A program made the position numbers and the translations under genes. Below are positions 9,537-19,939 of a stretch of DNA of 64,000 nucleotides, one piece after another. This stretch comes from Minisyncoccota bacterium (GTDB lineage Bacteria > Patescibacteriota > Minisyncoccia > Phycocordibacterales > CAIZLB01): contig DASWWM010000013.1 of NCBI GenBank assembly GCA_036405975.1, forward strand, positions 40,649 through 104,648, written 5' to 3'. Position 1 is the first letter of the stretch. The number at the start of each line of letters is the position of its first letter. Under the pieces are notes generated by a model. The model was not told the origin of the DNA, did no database searches, and saw nothing but the letters and a program-made list of their open reading frames with translations.

Positions 9537-10628
9537 ATGGCGAATCCTAATCAATTTCTCAATCCGAAAATATTCGACGCTGACGTGGATCAGGTTCCCA
9601 TCCGAAAAGGGTTCGGAGAAGGGCTTTTGCTTGCTGCGGAGAGTAACAAGAACATCGTAGGCCTCTGTGCGGACCTTACTGAGTCGACCCAGATGCTTCC
9701 GTTTAAGAAGAAATTTCCGGAGAGGTTTGTCGAAATTGGCATTGCTGAGCAAAACTTGGCATCGGTTGCTTCGGGAATGGCTGCTATGGGAAAAGTGCCA
9801 TTCATCACTTCGTACGCAATGTTCAGCCCTGGAAGAAACTGGGAGCAGATCAGGACGACTGTCGCATACAATGATCGGAAAGTGATCATTGCCGGTTCTC
9901 ATGCCGGCGTATCCGTCGGGCCTGACGGAGGAACGCATCAGGCAATCGAAGATATCGCCATCACTCGAGTCATTCCGAATATGGCAGTTATTGTCCCGTG
10001 CGACGCTCTTGAGGCCAGAAAGGCGACTATCGCGCTCGCTCTCTCAAAGGATGAGGGCGGAATCTCAAGCCCTGCATATCTGCGCCTTGCACGAGAGAAG
10101 ACACCTGTCATTACGACTGAGGATGCCCCTTTTGAGATCGGAAAGGCAAGAGTCGTATACTCGCTGACGGAAGATGAGTTCATGGAGGCGAAATCGGTCA
10201 GGTCTAGCGGCTCACTCACGCTGAAGCTCGACGGAGAGAATAATATCCGTCACGACGTCGGAGTGATCGCATGCGGAGCGCTTCTTCATAAGGCACTGAA
10301 AGTTGCAGAAGCGCTCAAGAAAGAAGGGCTTGCTGTTACTGTTATGAATCTTGCAACTATCAAGCCACTCGACGGTGCCGCCGTACTTCAGCTTGCAGCC
10401 GAGACTGGTGCCATCGTAACTGTCGAGGAACACCAGATTGCAGGAGGAATGGGAAGTGCCGTTGCGGAACTTCTTGCTCAAAACGAACCTGTGCCTATCG
10501 AGTTCGTGGGAGTGCATGACGAGTTTGGCCAATCAGGAACTCCTGACGAGCTCATTGAGAGATACGGCATGGGCGAATCGCATATAAAGGAAGCCATCCA
10601 GAAGGTTCTTGCTCGGAAAAATAAATAG
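9537..10628 (+). CDS. tkt: Transketolase, C-terminal (pyrimidine-binding) subunit
   Basis: GIAEQN, GPDGGTHQ, TVEEH, DEFGQSG motifs. Confidence 0.95.
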   Translation: MANPNQFLNPKIFDADVDQVPIRKGFGEGLLLAAESNKNIVGLCADLTESTQMLPFKKKFPERFVEIGIAEQNLASVASGMAAMGKVPFITSYAMFSPGRNWEQIRTTVAYNDRKVIIAGSHAGVSVGPDGGTHQAIEDIAITRVIPNMAVIVPCDALEARKATIALALSKDEGGISSPAYLRLAREKTPVITTEDAPFEIGKARVVYSLTEDEFMEAKSVRSSGSLTLKLDGENNIRHDVGVIACGALLHKALKVAEALKKEGLAVTVMNLATIKPLDGAAVLQLAAETGAIVTVEEHQIAGGMGSAVAELLAQNEPVPIEFVGVHDEFGQSGTPDELIERYGMGESHIKEAIQKVLARKNK

Positions 10629-10631
10629 CAT

Positions 10632-10666
10632 AAAAAGGCCCGTCGAGCATTCTCGGCGGGCCTTTT
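10632..10666. terminator. Bidirectional terminator between convergent tkt and FAD oxidase
   Basis: aaaaaggcccgtcgag-catt-ctcggcgggcctttt. Confidence 0.8.
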
Positions 10667-10672
10667 CCTGTC

Positions 10673-12376
10673 TTATTTTCGTATGATGTACTTTTCTATC
10701 TCGGCAATGCTGCCGCCAACTTTCTTGTTCGGATTCCAGATGTTCAAGGGGTCGAAGGCGTTCTTGATCTCGACGAACATCTGATATGTCCTGGGTCCAT
10801 AGAAGCCTTTCAGGAAAGGGGACCGGATGATTCCATCGCTGTGGTCCGCACTCATATTTCCTCCGAGCTTGTGCACGAGCTTGAATACAGCTTTGCATAA
10901 TTCCGAAATTTGCCTGACGATGTCCGGCCTGCTGACATCGAAGATCGGAATTACGCGAAGGGCGCCGTCACCGATATGTCCATGGAATCCGTATTTGATA
11001 TTTCTGTTCTTGAGGATTGAGATGAGTTCCGGAATGAATACGTCGAATTTGCGGATCGGAACGATAATGTCCTCGATGCAGGGGATAGCATGGTTGGTTC
11101 CTTGCACGTCATCTCGCATGACGCCGAAGCTTGATCTGCGGATGGTCCAAAGTGCCTGGTATAGGAGCATGTCGGTCACATGCACGGGCGATACCATGCA
11201 GTCGGCCTGCATCCTTACTCGCACTGTCTCGGCGACATCGTGCACTTCTTCTATCGTGTCACCCGCAAACTCTGCGAGAATCATCAGCTCTGTCTCGGCG
11301 CTGAACAGCGTTCGCACCAGGCCGGCCTCAGCCGGCTTGAACTTCTGGGCGCTGTTCAGCGTATTCACGTCAAACGTCTCGACGGACTCGGGCTTATGAG
11401 CCATGATGATTTGCAAAATGCCCGGGAGCTTCGAGAGGGAAGCAACCGGCATGGCGAGAAGGGCATGCGCTTTTCTTGACTCGTTGAGTCTGAGTCGTGC
11501 TTTCGTGATGATCCCGAGAGTCGATTGGCTGCCTACGAAAAGCGGCGCGAGGTTGAGCATTCCTGTCTCCTTGTCGTATACCCGTTCTATTCTGTAGCCT
11601 GAGGCACATTTCGGAACCGGCCGCCTCATGGCCTGGATTTCTCTAGAATATTGCTGGATTATTTTGCCGATCTTTCTGTATATCTGTCCCTCCGCATCAT
11701 CCTTGCTCCTTTTCGATACGAATTCCTCCGGTGAGAGAGGGCCAAATGTGTAGATCTCGCCGTCTGAAAGCACGACATCAACGGATTCAACGTTGTCGAT
11801 CGTTGCGCCGTACAAAATGCTCTTCTCTCCCGACGAGTTGTTTCCGATCATGCCTCCGACGCCGCAGATATCTTTCGATGACGTGTATCCAGAGAAGAAT
11901 AGGTTTCTGGTAAGCATTTCGGCCTCAAGGTCGCGGTACATGACGCCCATCTCGACTTCGGCCATCTTTGCTTCGAAGTCCACCTCGAATGCATTCATGT
12001 ACTTCGTCAGGTTGATGATGATTCCCGTGCTGAGCGAGCCTCCGGACATGCACGTTCCACCCGCTCGCGTCGAGAGGGTAACGGCTGCTTGGTTCAGTTT
12101 CGGTGATCCGATCCTGAGAGACTGGCTAATGGAGTCGACGAGTCTTTTGATGCTGCCGATCGCGCCTTGCCTTTTCATTTCCAATTCATTCACTTTCTTT
12201 GCCAGGATGCGAATCTCGATATTGTTTCTCGGATACACGACGACTTTCGGACGAACGACAAAGGCGCTGGCGTCTCGCGAGTGGAGATCGAGAACTGACT
12301 GGTCCGAAGTGAAGTCGTACTTTTTCTCAGTGAGAAATGCGAGCATTGTCTGAAGTGAATCGGTTGGTATGTTCAT
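10673..12376 (-). CDS. FAD-linked oxidase (GlcD/D-lactate dehydrogenase-like, no Fe-S domain)
   Basis: RAGGTCMSG, GGMIGNNSSG, GSQSTLGIITKA, GHIGDG, ADHSDG, FDPLNIWNPNK. Confidence 0.85.
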   Translation of the reverse strand: MNIPTDSLQTMLAFLTEKKYDFTSDQSVLDLHSRDASAFVVRPKVVVYPRNNIEIRILAKKVNELEMKRQGAIGSIKRLVDSISQSLRIGSPKLNQAAVTLSTRAGGTCMSGGSLSTGIIINLTKYMNAFEVDFEAKMAEVEMGVMYRDLEAEMLTRNLFFSGYTSSKDICGVGGMIGNNSSGEKSILYGATIDNVESVDVVLSDGEIYTFGPLSPEEFVSKRSKDDAEGQIYRKIGKIIQQYSREIQAMRRPVPKCASGYRIERVYDKETGMLNLAPLFVGSQSTLGIITKARLRLNESRKAHALLAMPVASLSKLPGILQIIMAHKPESVETFDVNTLNSAQKFKPAEAGLVRTLFSAETELMILAEFAGDTIEEVHDVAETVRVRMQADCMVSPVHVTDMLLYQALWTIRRSSFGVMRDDVQGTNHAIPCIEDIIVPIRKFDVFIPELISILKNRNIKYGFHGHIGDGALRVIPIFDVSRPDIVRQISELCKAVFKLVHKLGGNMSADHSDGIIRSPFLKGFYGPRTYQMFVEIKNAFDPLNIWNPNKKVGGSIAEIEKYIIRK

Positions 12377-12465
12377 TTTTTATTTTGAAGTGCTATAAGG
12401 TGAATCGTATGAGTCGAAAGCGAGTCCGGAAAAAAGTCGGTCCGGATCCAGTTGGCGCCTTCGCG

Positions 12466-13470
12466 TTAGAGAATCTCCGCTGTCCAAGTGGCCGGTGCTG
12501 CCGCGATGTACTTTTCGATCTGCTGGAGAGGGAGGAGTCCGGCCTGTGCACCGACATGCTGGCAGACGCTCATTGAGTTGATAGATCCCCATTTCATGGC
12601 CTCTTCTCTCGTTTTTCCGAGAGCGATGGCCGTGCTGAACGTCGAAGCGAATGCATCTCCTGCCCCTGTTCGGTCTACTGGCGGAGCGATGTCTGGATAG
12701 ATCGGGACTCGAATGAGCTGGTCAGCCTCGTTAATGACATACGAGCCGTTCGGTCCGTCAGTGATGACGGGCAGTTTCGGTCCGAGCGCCTTAAGTCCTT
12801 CAAGGAGCGCTCGGACATCAGAGGTATTGTTATTGAGAATGATCTGCGCTTCCTCAAGGTTGCAGAAGAAGAGCTCCGATCGTTCATAGATCATTTTCAA
12901 TTTCTCAGTACCGAACTTGATCTGATACGTGCCTGGCTGGAAGACGAGCTTTATGCCGGGGTTCTTGTCGAGGTAATCGGCAAGGTGCTGATGGAAATCG
13001 AGCGACTTCTCGCTGAGCGAGCTGAGATAGAGCCATTTTGATCCTGAGATGTCAGGAAGCGTGAGAGGGAAGTCCTCATGCTTGATGAGGATGGTCCGCT
13101 CGCTGCCAAACCAGAGAACGTAGTGGTAGTTGGTCTTCAAGCCTTTATGGATCTCTATGTATCGAGTGTCCACTCCGTCACTCTTGAGCTTGGCGAGGCA
13201 TTTCCTGCCGTTCTCATCGTCCCCGAGATGCGAAATGAGTCCGGAGCTAAGACCAAGCCTTGATGCTGAAACGGCAGCATTTGCGCTGTTTCCGACCGCA
13301 ACCACTTCCTCGGCTGACTCAAACGGGAGCTTCGTTCCGAAGATCATGCAAAGCTCATTCTTCTGTGTTTCCTTATTGACGGTCTCATGCGCGTCCTTGA
13401 GTCGAATAAATGCGTCGATGACGGTATCGCCGATGGCGACGAATTCAGGCTTTTTCTTGAAGATGTTCAT
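12466..13470 (-). CDS. PfkB-family carbohydrate kinase
   Basis: GNSANAAV..SRLGL and DRTGAGDAF PfkB signatures. Confidence 0.92.
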   Translation of the reverse strand: MNIFKKKPEFVAIGDTVIDAFIRLKDAHETVNKETQKNELCMIFGTKLPFESAEEVVAVGNSANAAVSASRLGLSSGLISHLGDDENGRKCLAKLKSDGVDTRYIEIHKGLKTNYHYVLWFGSERTILIKHEDFPLTLPDISGSKWLYLSSLSEKSLDFHQHLADYLDKNPGIKLVFQPGTYQIKFGTEKLKMIYERSELFFCNLEEAQIILNNNTSDVRALLEGLKALGPKLPVITDGPNGSYVINEADQLIRVPIYPDIAPPVDRTGAGDAFASTFSTAIALGKTREEAMKWGSINSMSVCQHVGAQAGLLPLQQIEKYIAAAPATWTAEIL

Positions 13471-13576
13471 ATGTGGTCAAGTATATCACGCAGGTGACGG
13501 CCCGCCCCTGTTGAAAAAGGCCTGTGGCGGGCCGTACATTTGCCTTTTTGAGAAATATATATATAATCAGGGGACC

Positions 13577-14209
13577 ATGAAATTGACTATTGAAAAGCGA
13601 AGCGGTGATGCGGCATCGGTCCGAGCTCAGGGAAAAGTACCTGGCGTATTTTACGGTCCAAAGGCTACCCCTACTTCTATCGCTGCAAACTCATCAGAAT
13701 TTAACAGGATTTGGAGAGAGGCGGGTGAATCCACAGTCATCACTCTTACCGGAGTAGACGAGGATCACGATGCTCTCATTCACGACATCCAGAAAGACGC
13801 GGTCAGCGGCGAAATCAAGCACGTAGACTTTTACATCATCGAAAAGGGCAAGAAGGTAGAAGTTGCCATCCCTCTCGAGTTCGTCGGAGAGGCTCCAGCC
13901 GTAAAGGCATTCGGAGGTACTCTTATTAAGGTTATGCATGAGCTTGAGATCGAAGCGCTTCCAAAGGATCTCCCTCACGCCATCGAAGTCGACATCTCAT
14001 CTCTTGTTGATCTCGACGCCCAGATCAAGGTATCAGACATCAAGCTTCCAAAGGGAGTTGAGGCTAAGGTTGATGCAGAGGAGGTTGTCGCTCTCGTAAA
14101 CGCTGCCAAGGAAGAGACAGAAGAGGCTCCTACGTCTATCGACATGTCAGCCATCGGTCTTTCAGACCAGAAGGGCAAGAAGGATGACGAAGAGGCAGCA
14201 GCCGAGTAA
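13577..14209 (+). CDS. rplY: 50S ribosomal protein L25/Ctc
   Basis: R..GKVPGVFYG, HVDFY, LP..I.VDISSL; start at ATG 13577. Confidence 0.95.
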   Translation: MKLTIEKRSGDAASVRAQGKVPGVFYGPKATPTSIAANSSEFNRIWREAGESTVITLTGVDEDHDALIHDIQKDAVSGEIKHVDFYIIEKGKKVEVAIPLEFVGEAPAVKAFGGTLIKVMHELEIEALPKDLPHAIEVDISSLVDLDAQIKVSDIKLPKGVEAKVDAEEVVALVNAAKEETEEAPTSIDMSAIGLSDQKGKKDDEEAAAE

Positions 14210-14257
14210 TCCACAGATTCCCGCAGAATCTTCACAGAAACCCACTATTTTTTCAGG

Positions 14258-14291
14258 AAAGGGCCCGATTCTTCATAATCGGGCCCTTTTT
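14258..14291 (+). terminator. Rho-independent terminator
   Basis: aaagggcccgatt-cttcat-aatcgggcccttttt. Confidence 0.8.
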
Positions 14292-14322
14292 ATATGCATG
14301 CCCATGTCATATAATAAAACTC

Positions 14323-15675
14323 ATGTTTGGAACAATTCGAAAGTCTCATATTTTTATTGCGGCAATTCTCGCAATCGGTTTTTTTACAGCATCGGTCACT
14401 TCAAGCTTTGCACAGGACCTGACACCTGAGCAGGAGGCCAAGCTCCGGGCAGATCTGGCGGCCATCGAAGCTGAAATCAAGCAGCAGGAAGCCATCCTGA
14501 CCCAGAAGAGGACGGAAGGCGTATCCATCGAGCGAGATGTGAGCATTCTCAATGCCAAGATCAAAAGCGCACAGCTTAAGATCAGGCAGCATGAGCTTGT
14601 CATAAGCAATCTCGGAAAGGATATCTCCGTCAAGAACAACACTATTACCGCGCTCGGGACGCGTATCGACAATAGCCGGGAATCCCTCGCGCAGGTTATC
14701 GAGCGGACGCGGGAAATCGACAACTACAGCATAGCTGAAGCCATCCTCAGCAATCAGGACATCTCGAAGTTCTTCATCGACCTCGACTCATTCGCATCGA
14801 TCCAGCAGTCGCTCAAGACGCATCTGGACGGCATCAAGGATGCAAAGTCTCAGAATGAGACAGTCAAGAAAGACCTGGACGTGAAGCGAAACAAGGAAAT
14901 CGACGTAAAGGTAAATGTCGAAAGGGAGACGAACATCATCAAGCAGGCGGAGGCCGAGAAGAAGAGGCTCCTGAATCTCAATAAGAACGAGCAGAAGAAT
15001 TATCAGACGAACATCGCTAGCAATAATGCAAAGGCAACTGCTATCCGAAACCAGCTCTTCAAGCTTCGAGATGCAGGGCCGATCAAGTTCGGAGATGCGG
15101 TTACGTATGCCAAGGCTGCAGAAGCCAGAACAGGGGTTCGGGCAGCATTCGTCCTTGCGATCATCCAGCAAGAAAGTAACCTTGGTGCGAATGTGGGACG
15201 GTGCTACCTGACTGATGCGGCAACAGGGGCCGGCGTAGCTGCCTCTACCGGGAAAGCCTTCCCGAACCTCATGAAGGCCAGCCGAGACGTCCAGCCATTC
15301 ATGAAGATCACGGCTGACCTTGGTCGGGATCCATACAAGACTCTCGTATCTTGTCCGCTCAGCGTCGGGTACGGAGGTGCCATGGGTCCTGCGCAGTTCA
15401 TTCCGTCTACATGGCAGATCTTCGCGGCTCGAATCGCCACGGCTCTGGGAAAGCCTGCCTCTGACCCGTGGAATCCTCAGGACGCGTTCATGGCTTCGTC
15501 CATGTACCTCGGGGACCTTGGGGCTGGTGCCAAAACTCACACCACCGAGCGAAATGCTGCCTGCAGGTATTATTCAGGACGGTCTTGCAGCGGTTCGAAT
15601 ACCTTCTACGGAGACCAGGTTATGGCCCGAGTGAACAATATCCAGAACAATATCGATATCCTGCAGGGAATCTAG
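14323..15675 (+). CDS. Secreted coiled-coil protein with C-terminal lytic murein transglycosylase (MltB/SLT-like) domain
   Basis: Signal peptide, about 220-aa coiled coil, AIIQQES (catalytic Glu), [20 protein letters not shown]. Confidence 0.85.
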   Translation: MFGTIRKSHIFIAAILAIGFFTASVTSSFAQDLTPEQEAKLRADLAAIEAEIKQQEAILTQKRTEGVSIERDVSILNAKIKSAQLKIRQHELVISNLGKDISVKNNTITALGTRIDNSRESLAQVIERTREIDNYSIAEAILSNQDISKFFIDLDSFASIQQSLKTHLDGIKDAKSQNETVKKDLDVKRNKEIDVKVNVERETNIIKQAEAEKKRLLNLNKNEQKNYQTNIASNNAKATAIRNQLFKLRDAGPIKFGDAVTYAKAAEARTGVRAAFVLAIIQQESNLGANVGRCYLTDAATGAGVAASTGKAFPNLMKASRDVQPFMKITADLGRDPYKTLVSCPLSVGYGGAMGPAQFIPSTWQIFAARIATALGKPASDPWNPQDAFMASSMYLGDLGAGAKTHTTERNAACRYYSGRSCSGSNTFYGDQVMARVNNIQNNIDILQGI

Positions 15676-15718
15676 CCCTCATTTGCCTAAAAAACCCAAA
15701 TACTGTATAGTAGCCCCC

Positions 15719-15937
15719 ATGAAAGCAGACATCCATCCTACATATAACTCAAATGCAACATTTACATGCGCATGCGGATCTTCTTTTAAGATCGGCTCCG
15801 TAAAGGAAAATGTGAGCGTCGAAATCTGCTCAAAGTGCCATCCTTTTTACACTGGTACTGAGAAGGTTCTCGATGCTGCCGGCCGAGTAGACAAGTTCAA
15901 TACTCGACGAGCTGCAGCTGCAAAAAAGACGAAGTAG
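15719..15937 (+). CDS. rpmE: 50S ribosomal protein L31, zinc-binding type
   Basis: [29 protein letters not shown]. Confidence 0.97.
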   Translation: MKADIHPTYNSNATFTCACGSSFKIGSVKENVSVEICSKCHPFYTGTEKVLDAAGRVDKFNTRRAAAAKKTK

Positions 15938-15946
15938 CTTCGCTGG

Positions 15947-15978
15947 AAAAGACTGCTCATGCGAATGGGCGGTTTTTT
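15947..15978 (+). terminator. Rho-independent terminator
   Basis: gactgctcat-gcga-atgggcggtttttt. Confidence 0.7.
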
Positions 15979-16016
15979 CTTTTGCCGCACGGATGCGTGA
16001 TATCATTTACACAAAC

Positions 16017-17036
16017 ATGACTGACAACAATACAAACCCGACATACTCAAAGGAAGAACTCGATGAGCTGAAGCAGAATCATAAGACGAGCTTTTTCGCC
16101 TATGAGTACGACAGGCTCATTGCTCAGAGGGGCGAAGTGGAACAGATGATGTCCGATGAATCAATGGCCGACCTCGCTGCCGAAGAGCTCAAGGTCGTTG
16201 ACGAGCAGATCAAGGGCATTGTTGAGAAGATCGAACTCATTACGAAAGAGGACGAAGATGCGGACCAGTATCCATCCGAGATCATCCTCGAGGTCCGAGC
16301 GGGAACGGGAGGGGAAGAGGCCGCCCTCTTTGCCGAGCAGCTCGCTGGCATGTATCAAAAGTATGCCCTCATGAAAGGCTGGTCATCAAAGCTTGTCGAC
16401 TCTTCGGAAAGCCCGCTCGGAGGATTCAAGCAGGCGTCGTACGAAATGCGAGGTCCTGAAATCTACAAATATTTCAGATACGAGACCGGCGTTCACCGGG
16501 TACAGCGAGTTCCAGCTACTGAAAAGTCAGGACGTATTCATACATCTACGGCATCGGTTGCCATCCTTCCGATCAGAAAGAAGGTCAAGCTCGAAATTAA
16601 TCCGGCGGACATTGAAATGGAACTTTCACGATCCGGAGGGGCGGGAGGTCAGAACGTAAACAAAGTGGAGACTGCCGTACGACTCATCCATAAGCCGACC
16701 GGCATCGACGTTCGGTGTACATCCGAGCGAAGCCAGCTCAAGAACCGAGAGCGAGCCATGCAGATTCTCATGGCCAAGCTCCAGGTCCTCAAGGAAGAGG
16801 AAGAAGCGAAGAAATTCTCAAAGGACCGAAAGGACCAGATCGGAACGGGCGATAGGTCAGAAAAGATCAGGACCTATAACTTCCTTCAGGATCGAATCAC
16901 CGATCACCGAATCAAGCAGTCATGGCACAATATGGAAAATGTCATGCTCGGAAATATCGACATGATGGTTCAGGCCGTCCTGGATGCTGAGGCCAACGGA
17001 GGCGTTGATGCGGCTGGGGAATCTGACGATGAATAA
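16017..17036 (+). CDS. prfA: Peptide chain release factor 1
   Basis: [15 protein letters not shown] (PxT), [21 protein letters not shown]; follows rpmE. Confidence 0.96.
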   Translation: MTDNNTNPTYSKEELDELKQNHKTSFFAYEYDRLIAQRGEVEQMMSDESMADLAAEELKVVDEQIKGIVEKIELITKEDEDADQYPSEIILEVRAGTGGEEAALFAEQLAGMYQKYALMKGWSSKLVDSSESPLGGFKQASYEMRGPEIYKYFRYETGVHRVQRVPATEKSGRIHTSTASVAILPIRKKVKLEINPADIEMELSRSGGAGGQNVNKVETAVRLIHKPTGIDVRCTSERSQLKNRERAMQILMAKLQVLKEEEEAKKFSKDRKDQIGTGDRSEKIRTYNFLQDRITDHRIKQSWHNMENVMLGNIDMMVQAVLDAEANGGVDAAGESDDE

Positions 17037-17063
17037 TGTTCTCCGACATGATACGATTTTCAT

Positions 17064-17366
17064 ATGGCAATCGTATTTGAGGAAGAGCAGCATGAGATAG
17101 AAAAGGACCAGGAAATTGCAGAGGCAAGGGAGGCCGTATCGGCATCCTTGGGAAAGGTGAAACAGTCAGTATGGGAGAAGGTCGCACTGGTTCTGTTTGC
17201 TGTGGCATGCCTCGCAGGAGCTGTCGCGATTCAGCTCTATTACAATCCGGAAGCAGCTGCCGGACTGAATAGGGTTTACAGGGAGGATGTCTCAGAGCAG
17301 GATCTGCGGCTCATTCCGCCTGCTGACCGGGAAGCGTACCTTAACTCGCTTCCGACAAGAAAATAA
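17064..17366 (+). CDS. Hypothetical single-pass membrane protein
   Basis: One TM (VALVLFAVACLAGAVAI); TACGAT 6 nt before ATG. Confidence 0.65.
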   Translation: MAIVFEEEQHEIEKDQEIAEAREAVSASLGKVKQSVWEKVALVLFAVACLAGAVAIQLYYNPEAAAGLNRVYREDVSEQDLRLIPPADREAYLNSLPTRK

Positions 17367-17370
17367 AACC

Positions 17371-17904
17371 ATGAGCACTTTTTCATATTCTCGTCTCAGC
17401 AAGACTCACAAAGGCGGCTTTACGCTCATTGAGCTCATCGTGGTGATCGCCATAGTTGGCCTTCTTGCCTCTGTCGGAGTCGCTTCGCTTGGACAGTCGC
17501 GGGAAAAGGCAAAGGTTGCCAAGGTTCAGGGCGAGTTCGGAGCCCTTGCTCAGGCTTTGGAGATGTTCCGGCAGGATCACAAGATGCTCCCTTCTTCCGG
17601 GATCGACGGGCAGGGACTGGCGGTCTCACAGCTTGTGGCGGACTATCTCACCCCGTACATAAGGGCAACGCCCGTCATGCCGTCTTCCTTGCTTGCGTCC
17701 CCGAACGTGTATTACCACTTGAATCCCATTGATGGCCAGGAATATGACTGCGGCCCAGTTACTGGCCGGGAGGAGTACATCCTGTACTTTATGGGCACCG
17801 CAGTTGCCAATGCCTCCGGCCAGTTTCCTCAAGTTTATGAGCGGGGAGGGGGCGTGGCGGCAGCTTTTTCAGCCGGCCGGTGCATTATCGTAACCCAGAA
17901 ATAG
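17371..17904 (+). CDS. Type IV pilin/pseudopilin (prepilin N-terminal cleavage/methylation domain)
   Basis: KGG|FTLIELIVVIAIVGLLAS class III signal; C-terminal Cys pair. Confidence 0.9.
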   Translation: MSTFSYSRLSKTHKGGFTLIELIVVIAIVGLLASVGVASLGQSREKAKVAKVQGEFGALAQALEMFRQDHKMLPSSGIDGQGLAVSQLVADYLTPYIRATPVMPSSLLASPNVYYHLNPIDGQEYDCGPVTGREEYILYFMGTAVANASGQFPQVYERGGGVAAAFSAGRCIIVTQK

Positions 17905-17959
17905 GGCCTAGCCAGGCGGTTGCACGAGCTCAAGCCCTGTGGTAGACTCCTATTTACAT

Positions 17960-18682
17960 ATGTCAGCACATACAGAACAAAAGAACCCTGTGATCGAGGC
18001 CATGTACAAGATTGGCGCTCATTACGGATTTATCAAATCACGACGGCATCCAACCGTTAAGCCTTTTATCTTTGGCGCTAAAAATAAGATTGAAATCTTC
18101 GACCTCGAAAAGACTGAAGCTCAGCTCGAGGCGGCGATCGAATTTATCAAGAAGATTGCGGCAAGCGGCAAGCAAGTTGTATTCATCGGAAGCAAGAGCG
18201 AGGCTCGACAGGCCATCAAGGAGGCAGCTGACCGAATCGCACAGCCATACGTTGCAAGCCGATGGATCGGAGGATCATTCACGAACTTCGAAGTCATCCG
18301 AAAGCGAGTAGAGAAGCTTCTTGACCTTACAAGCCAGAAGGAGAAGGGCGAGCTCAACAAGTACACAAAGAAGGAGCGAGTCATGATCGACCGAGAAATC
18401 GAGCGACTTAACAACCTCTTCGGAGGCATCACAAGCATGACGACTCTTCCTGGTGCCATCTTCGTAGTAGATGCAAAGAAGGAGCACATCGCTGTTGCTG
18501 AAGCCATTGAGAAGAAGATCCCTGTGGTTGCTCTTGCTGGTTCTGACAATGACATTTCTGTAGTGACATACCCTCTTATCGCGAACGATGCATCCATCGA
18601 CAGCGTCAAATACTTTACTGACAAGATCTCTGAGGCATATGCCGAAGGAAAGAAGCTTGCAGGAAAGCCTGAAGTAAAATAA
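17960..18682 (+). CDS. rpsB: 30S ribosomal protein S2
   Basis: GAHYG, RWIGG.FTNF, ANDAS; adjacent to tsf. Confidence 0.97.
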   Translation: MSAHTEQKNPVIEAMYKIGAHYGFIKSRRHPTVKPFIFGAKNKIEIFDLEKTEAQLEAAIEFIKKIAASGKQVVFIGSKSEARQAIKEAADRIAQPYVASRWIGGSFTNFEVIRKRVEKLLDLTSQKEKGELNKYTKKERVMIDREIERLNNLFGGITSMTTLPGAIFVVDAKKEHIAVAEAIEKKIPVVALAGSDNDISVVTYPLIANDASIDSVKYFTDKISEAYAEGKKLAGKPEVK

Positions 18683-18684
18683 GC

Positions 18685-18717
18685 AAAAGCAGGCATGTCA
18701 CGGATATGCCTGCTTTT
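18685..18717 (+). terminator. Terminator between rpsB and tsf
   Basis: aaaagcaggcatgtc-acg-gatatgcctgctttt; tsf has its own TGaTATAAT downstream. Confidence 0.7.
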
Positions 18718-18764
18718 CTATTTCTTCACTTACTAATCTGATATAATACATTCAACAAAAAAAC

Positions 18765-19355
18765 ATGGCAGACGTATCAATGGAACAGATCAAGGCACTC
18801 CGAGACAAGACAGGCATCTCTGTCATGCAGTGCAAAAAGGCTCTTGAGGAGGCCGGAGGCGACGAAGAAAAGGCCCTCGTTCTCCTTCGAAAGAAGGGAG
18901 CTGAAATCGCAGCAAAGAAGTCGGACCGAGAGTTCGGCGCCGGAGCTGTAGCTGCATACATCCATTCAAATGGAATGGTGGGAGCCATGATCGAGCTCGT
19001 ATCAGAGACCGACTTCGTATCAAACAATGCCGAGTTCAAGACTCTTGCATACGACATTGCTATGCATATCTCTGCGACAAATCCTGAATTCACTCGAAAG
19101 GATGAGATCAAAGAAGAGGACAAGGCTAAGGCCATCGAGGTGTTCCAGGCGGAGGTGGAAGGAAAGCCTGAGAATCTCAAGGAGCAGATCCTTGCGGGAA
19201 AGCTTGATGCATACTTCAAGGAAAGGATCCTTCTTGAACAGCCGTTCATCAAGAATCCTGATCTTACGATCCAGCAGCTCCTGGACAATGCGATCCAGAA
19301 GTTCGGAGAGCGGATCGAGGTAGCTCGATTCACGCGAATGAAGATCGGCAAGTAG
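18765..19355 (+). CDS. tsf: Elongation factor Ts (short form)
   Basis: IKALRDKTG...CKKALEE, ETDFV, AMHI; 196 aa. Confidence 0.96.
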   Translation: MADVSMEQIKALRDKTGISVMQCKKALEEAGGDEEKALVLLRKKGAEIAAKKSDREFGAGAVAAYIHSNGMVGAMIELVSETDFVSNNAEFKTLAYDIAMHISATNPEFTRKDEIKEEDKAKAIEVFQAEVEGKPENLKEQILAGKLDAYFKERILLEQPFIKNPDLTIQQLLDNAIQKFGERIEVARFTRMKIGK

Positions 19356-19379
19356 TCAGTACGCCCAGAGGGCAAACCT

Positions 19380-19760
19380 ATGAATTTAGCTTTGACAATA
19401 TTTGCGGTCGCCTTCGTTCTCGGTGCAGTAATCCTGCTTAACAAGAGAAGGGAAATGAGCCGCGGCAAGCCATGGTTCTTCATCGGAGGATCCGAGCTTG
19501 ATCAGGCGGTATATGACGCAGTTGAGTTCTTCATCTATGTCACGACGCATGCAAGCGTTAAGAGGACGAAGATGCTCTTTCGAAAGGCCCTCCTTTCGGC
19601 CGAGAAATTCTTCCTTGGAGCCTTCGAACGAATCGGCCACCGGTTCGGAATCGTGAGCGACATCATCACGGGGAAGGATCTTCCCAAGAACCGGGGCTCA
19701 GTGTCGTTCTTCCTTAAGAACATAGAAGTCAGCAAGCGGAACCGTTGCAAAAAAATATAG
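19380..19760 (+). CDS. Hypothetical membrane-anchored protein
   Basis: N-terminal TM, basic body, C-terminal RGSVSFFLKNI. Confidence 0.65.
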   Translation: MNLALTIFAVAFVLGAVILLNKRREMSRGKPWFFIGGSELDQAVYDAVEFFIYVTTHASVKRTKMLFRKALLSAEKFFLGAFERIGHRFGIVSDIITGKDLPKNRGSVSFFLKNIEVSKRNRCKKI

Positions 19761-19798
19761 TTCTGCTAGAATCATCAAGTACCAAATATTTGGTATCT

Positions 19799-19874
19799 GC
19801 CGCCTTAGCTCAGTTGGTAGAGCAACTGTTTTGTAAACAGTCGGTCCCCAGTTCGAATCTGGGAGGCGGCTCCA
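19799..19874 (+). tRNA. tRNA-Thr(TGT)
   Basis: Cloverleaf GCCGCCT/AGGCGGC, anticodon loop TTTGTAA, TTCGAAT, encoded CCA. Confidence 0.97.
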
Positions 19875-19885
19875 AAAAAAGAAAG

Positions 19886-19924
19886 ATAATAAAAATCCCG
19901 AATCTCATTCGGGATTTTTATTAT
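19886..19924. terminator. Bidirectional terminator
   Basis: ataataaaaatcccgaat-ctc-attcgggatttttattat. Confidence 0.8.
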
Positions 19925-19939
19925 GAAGTCTTCTGCATA

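Noticed and set aside
13130-13576. N-terminal extension of the L25 ORF (359 aa)
   Set aside because: Antisense to pfkB; L25 homology starts at ATG 13577 after TATAAT
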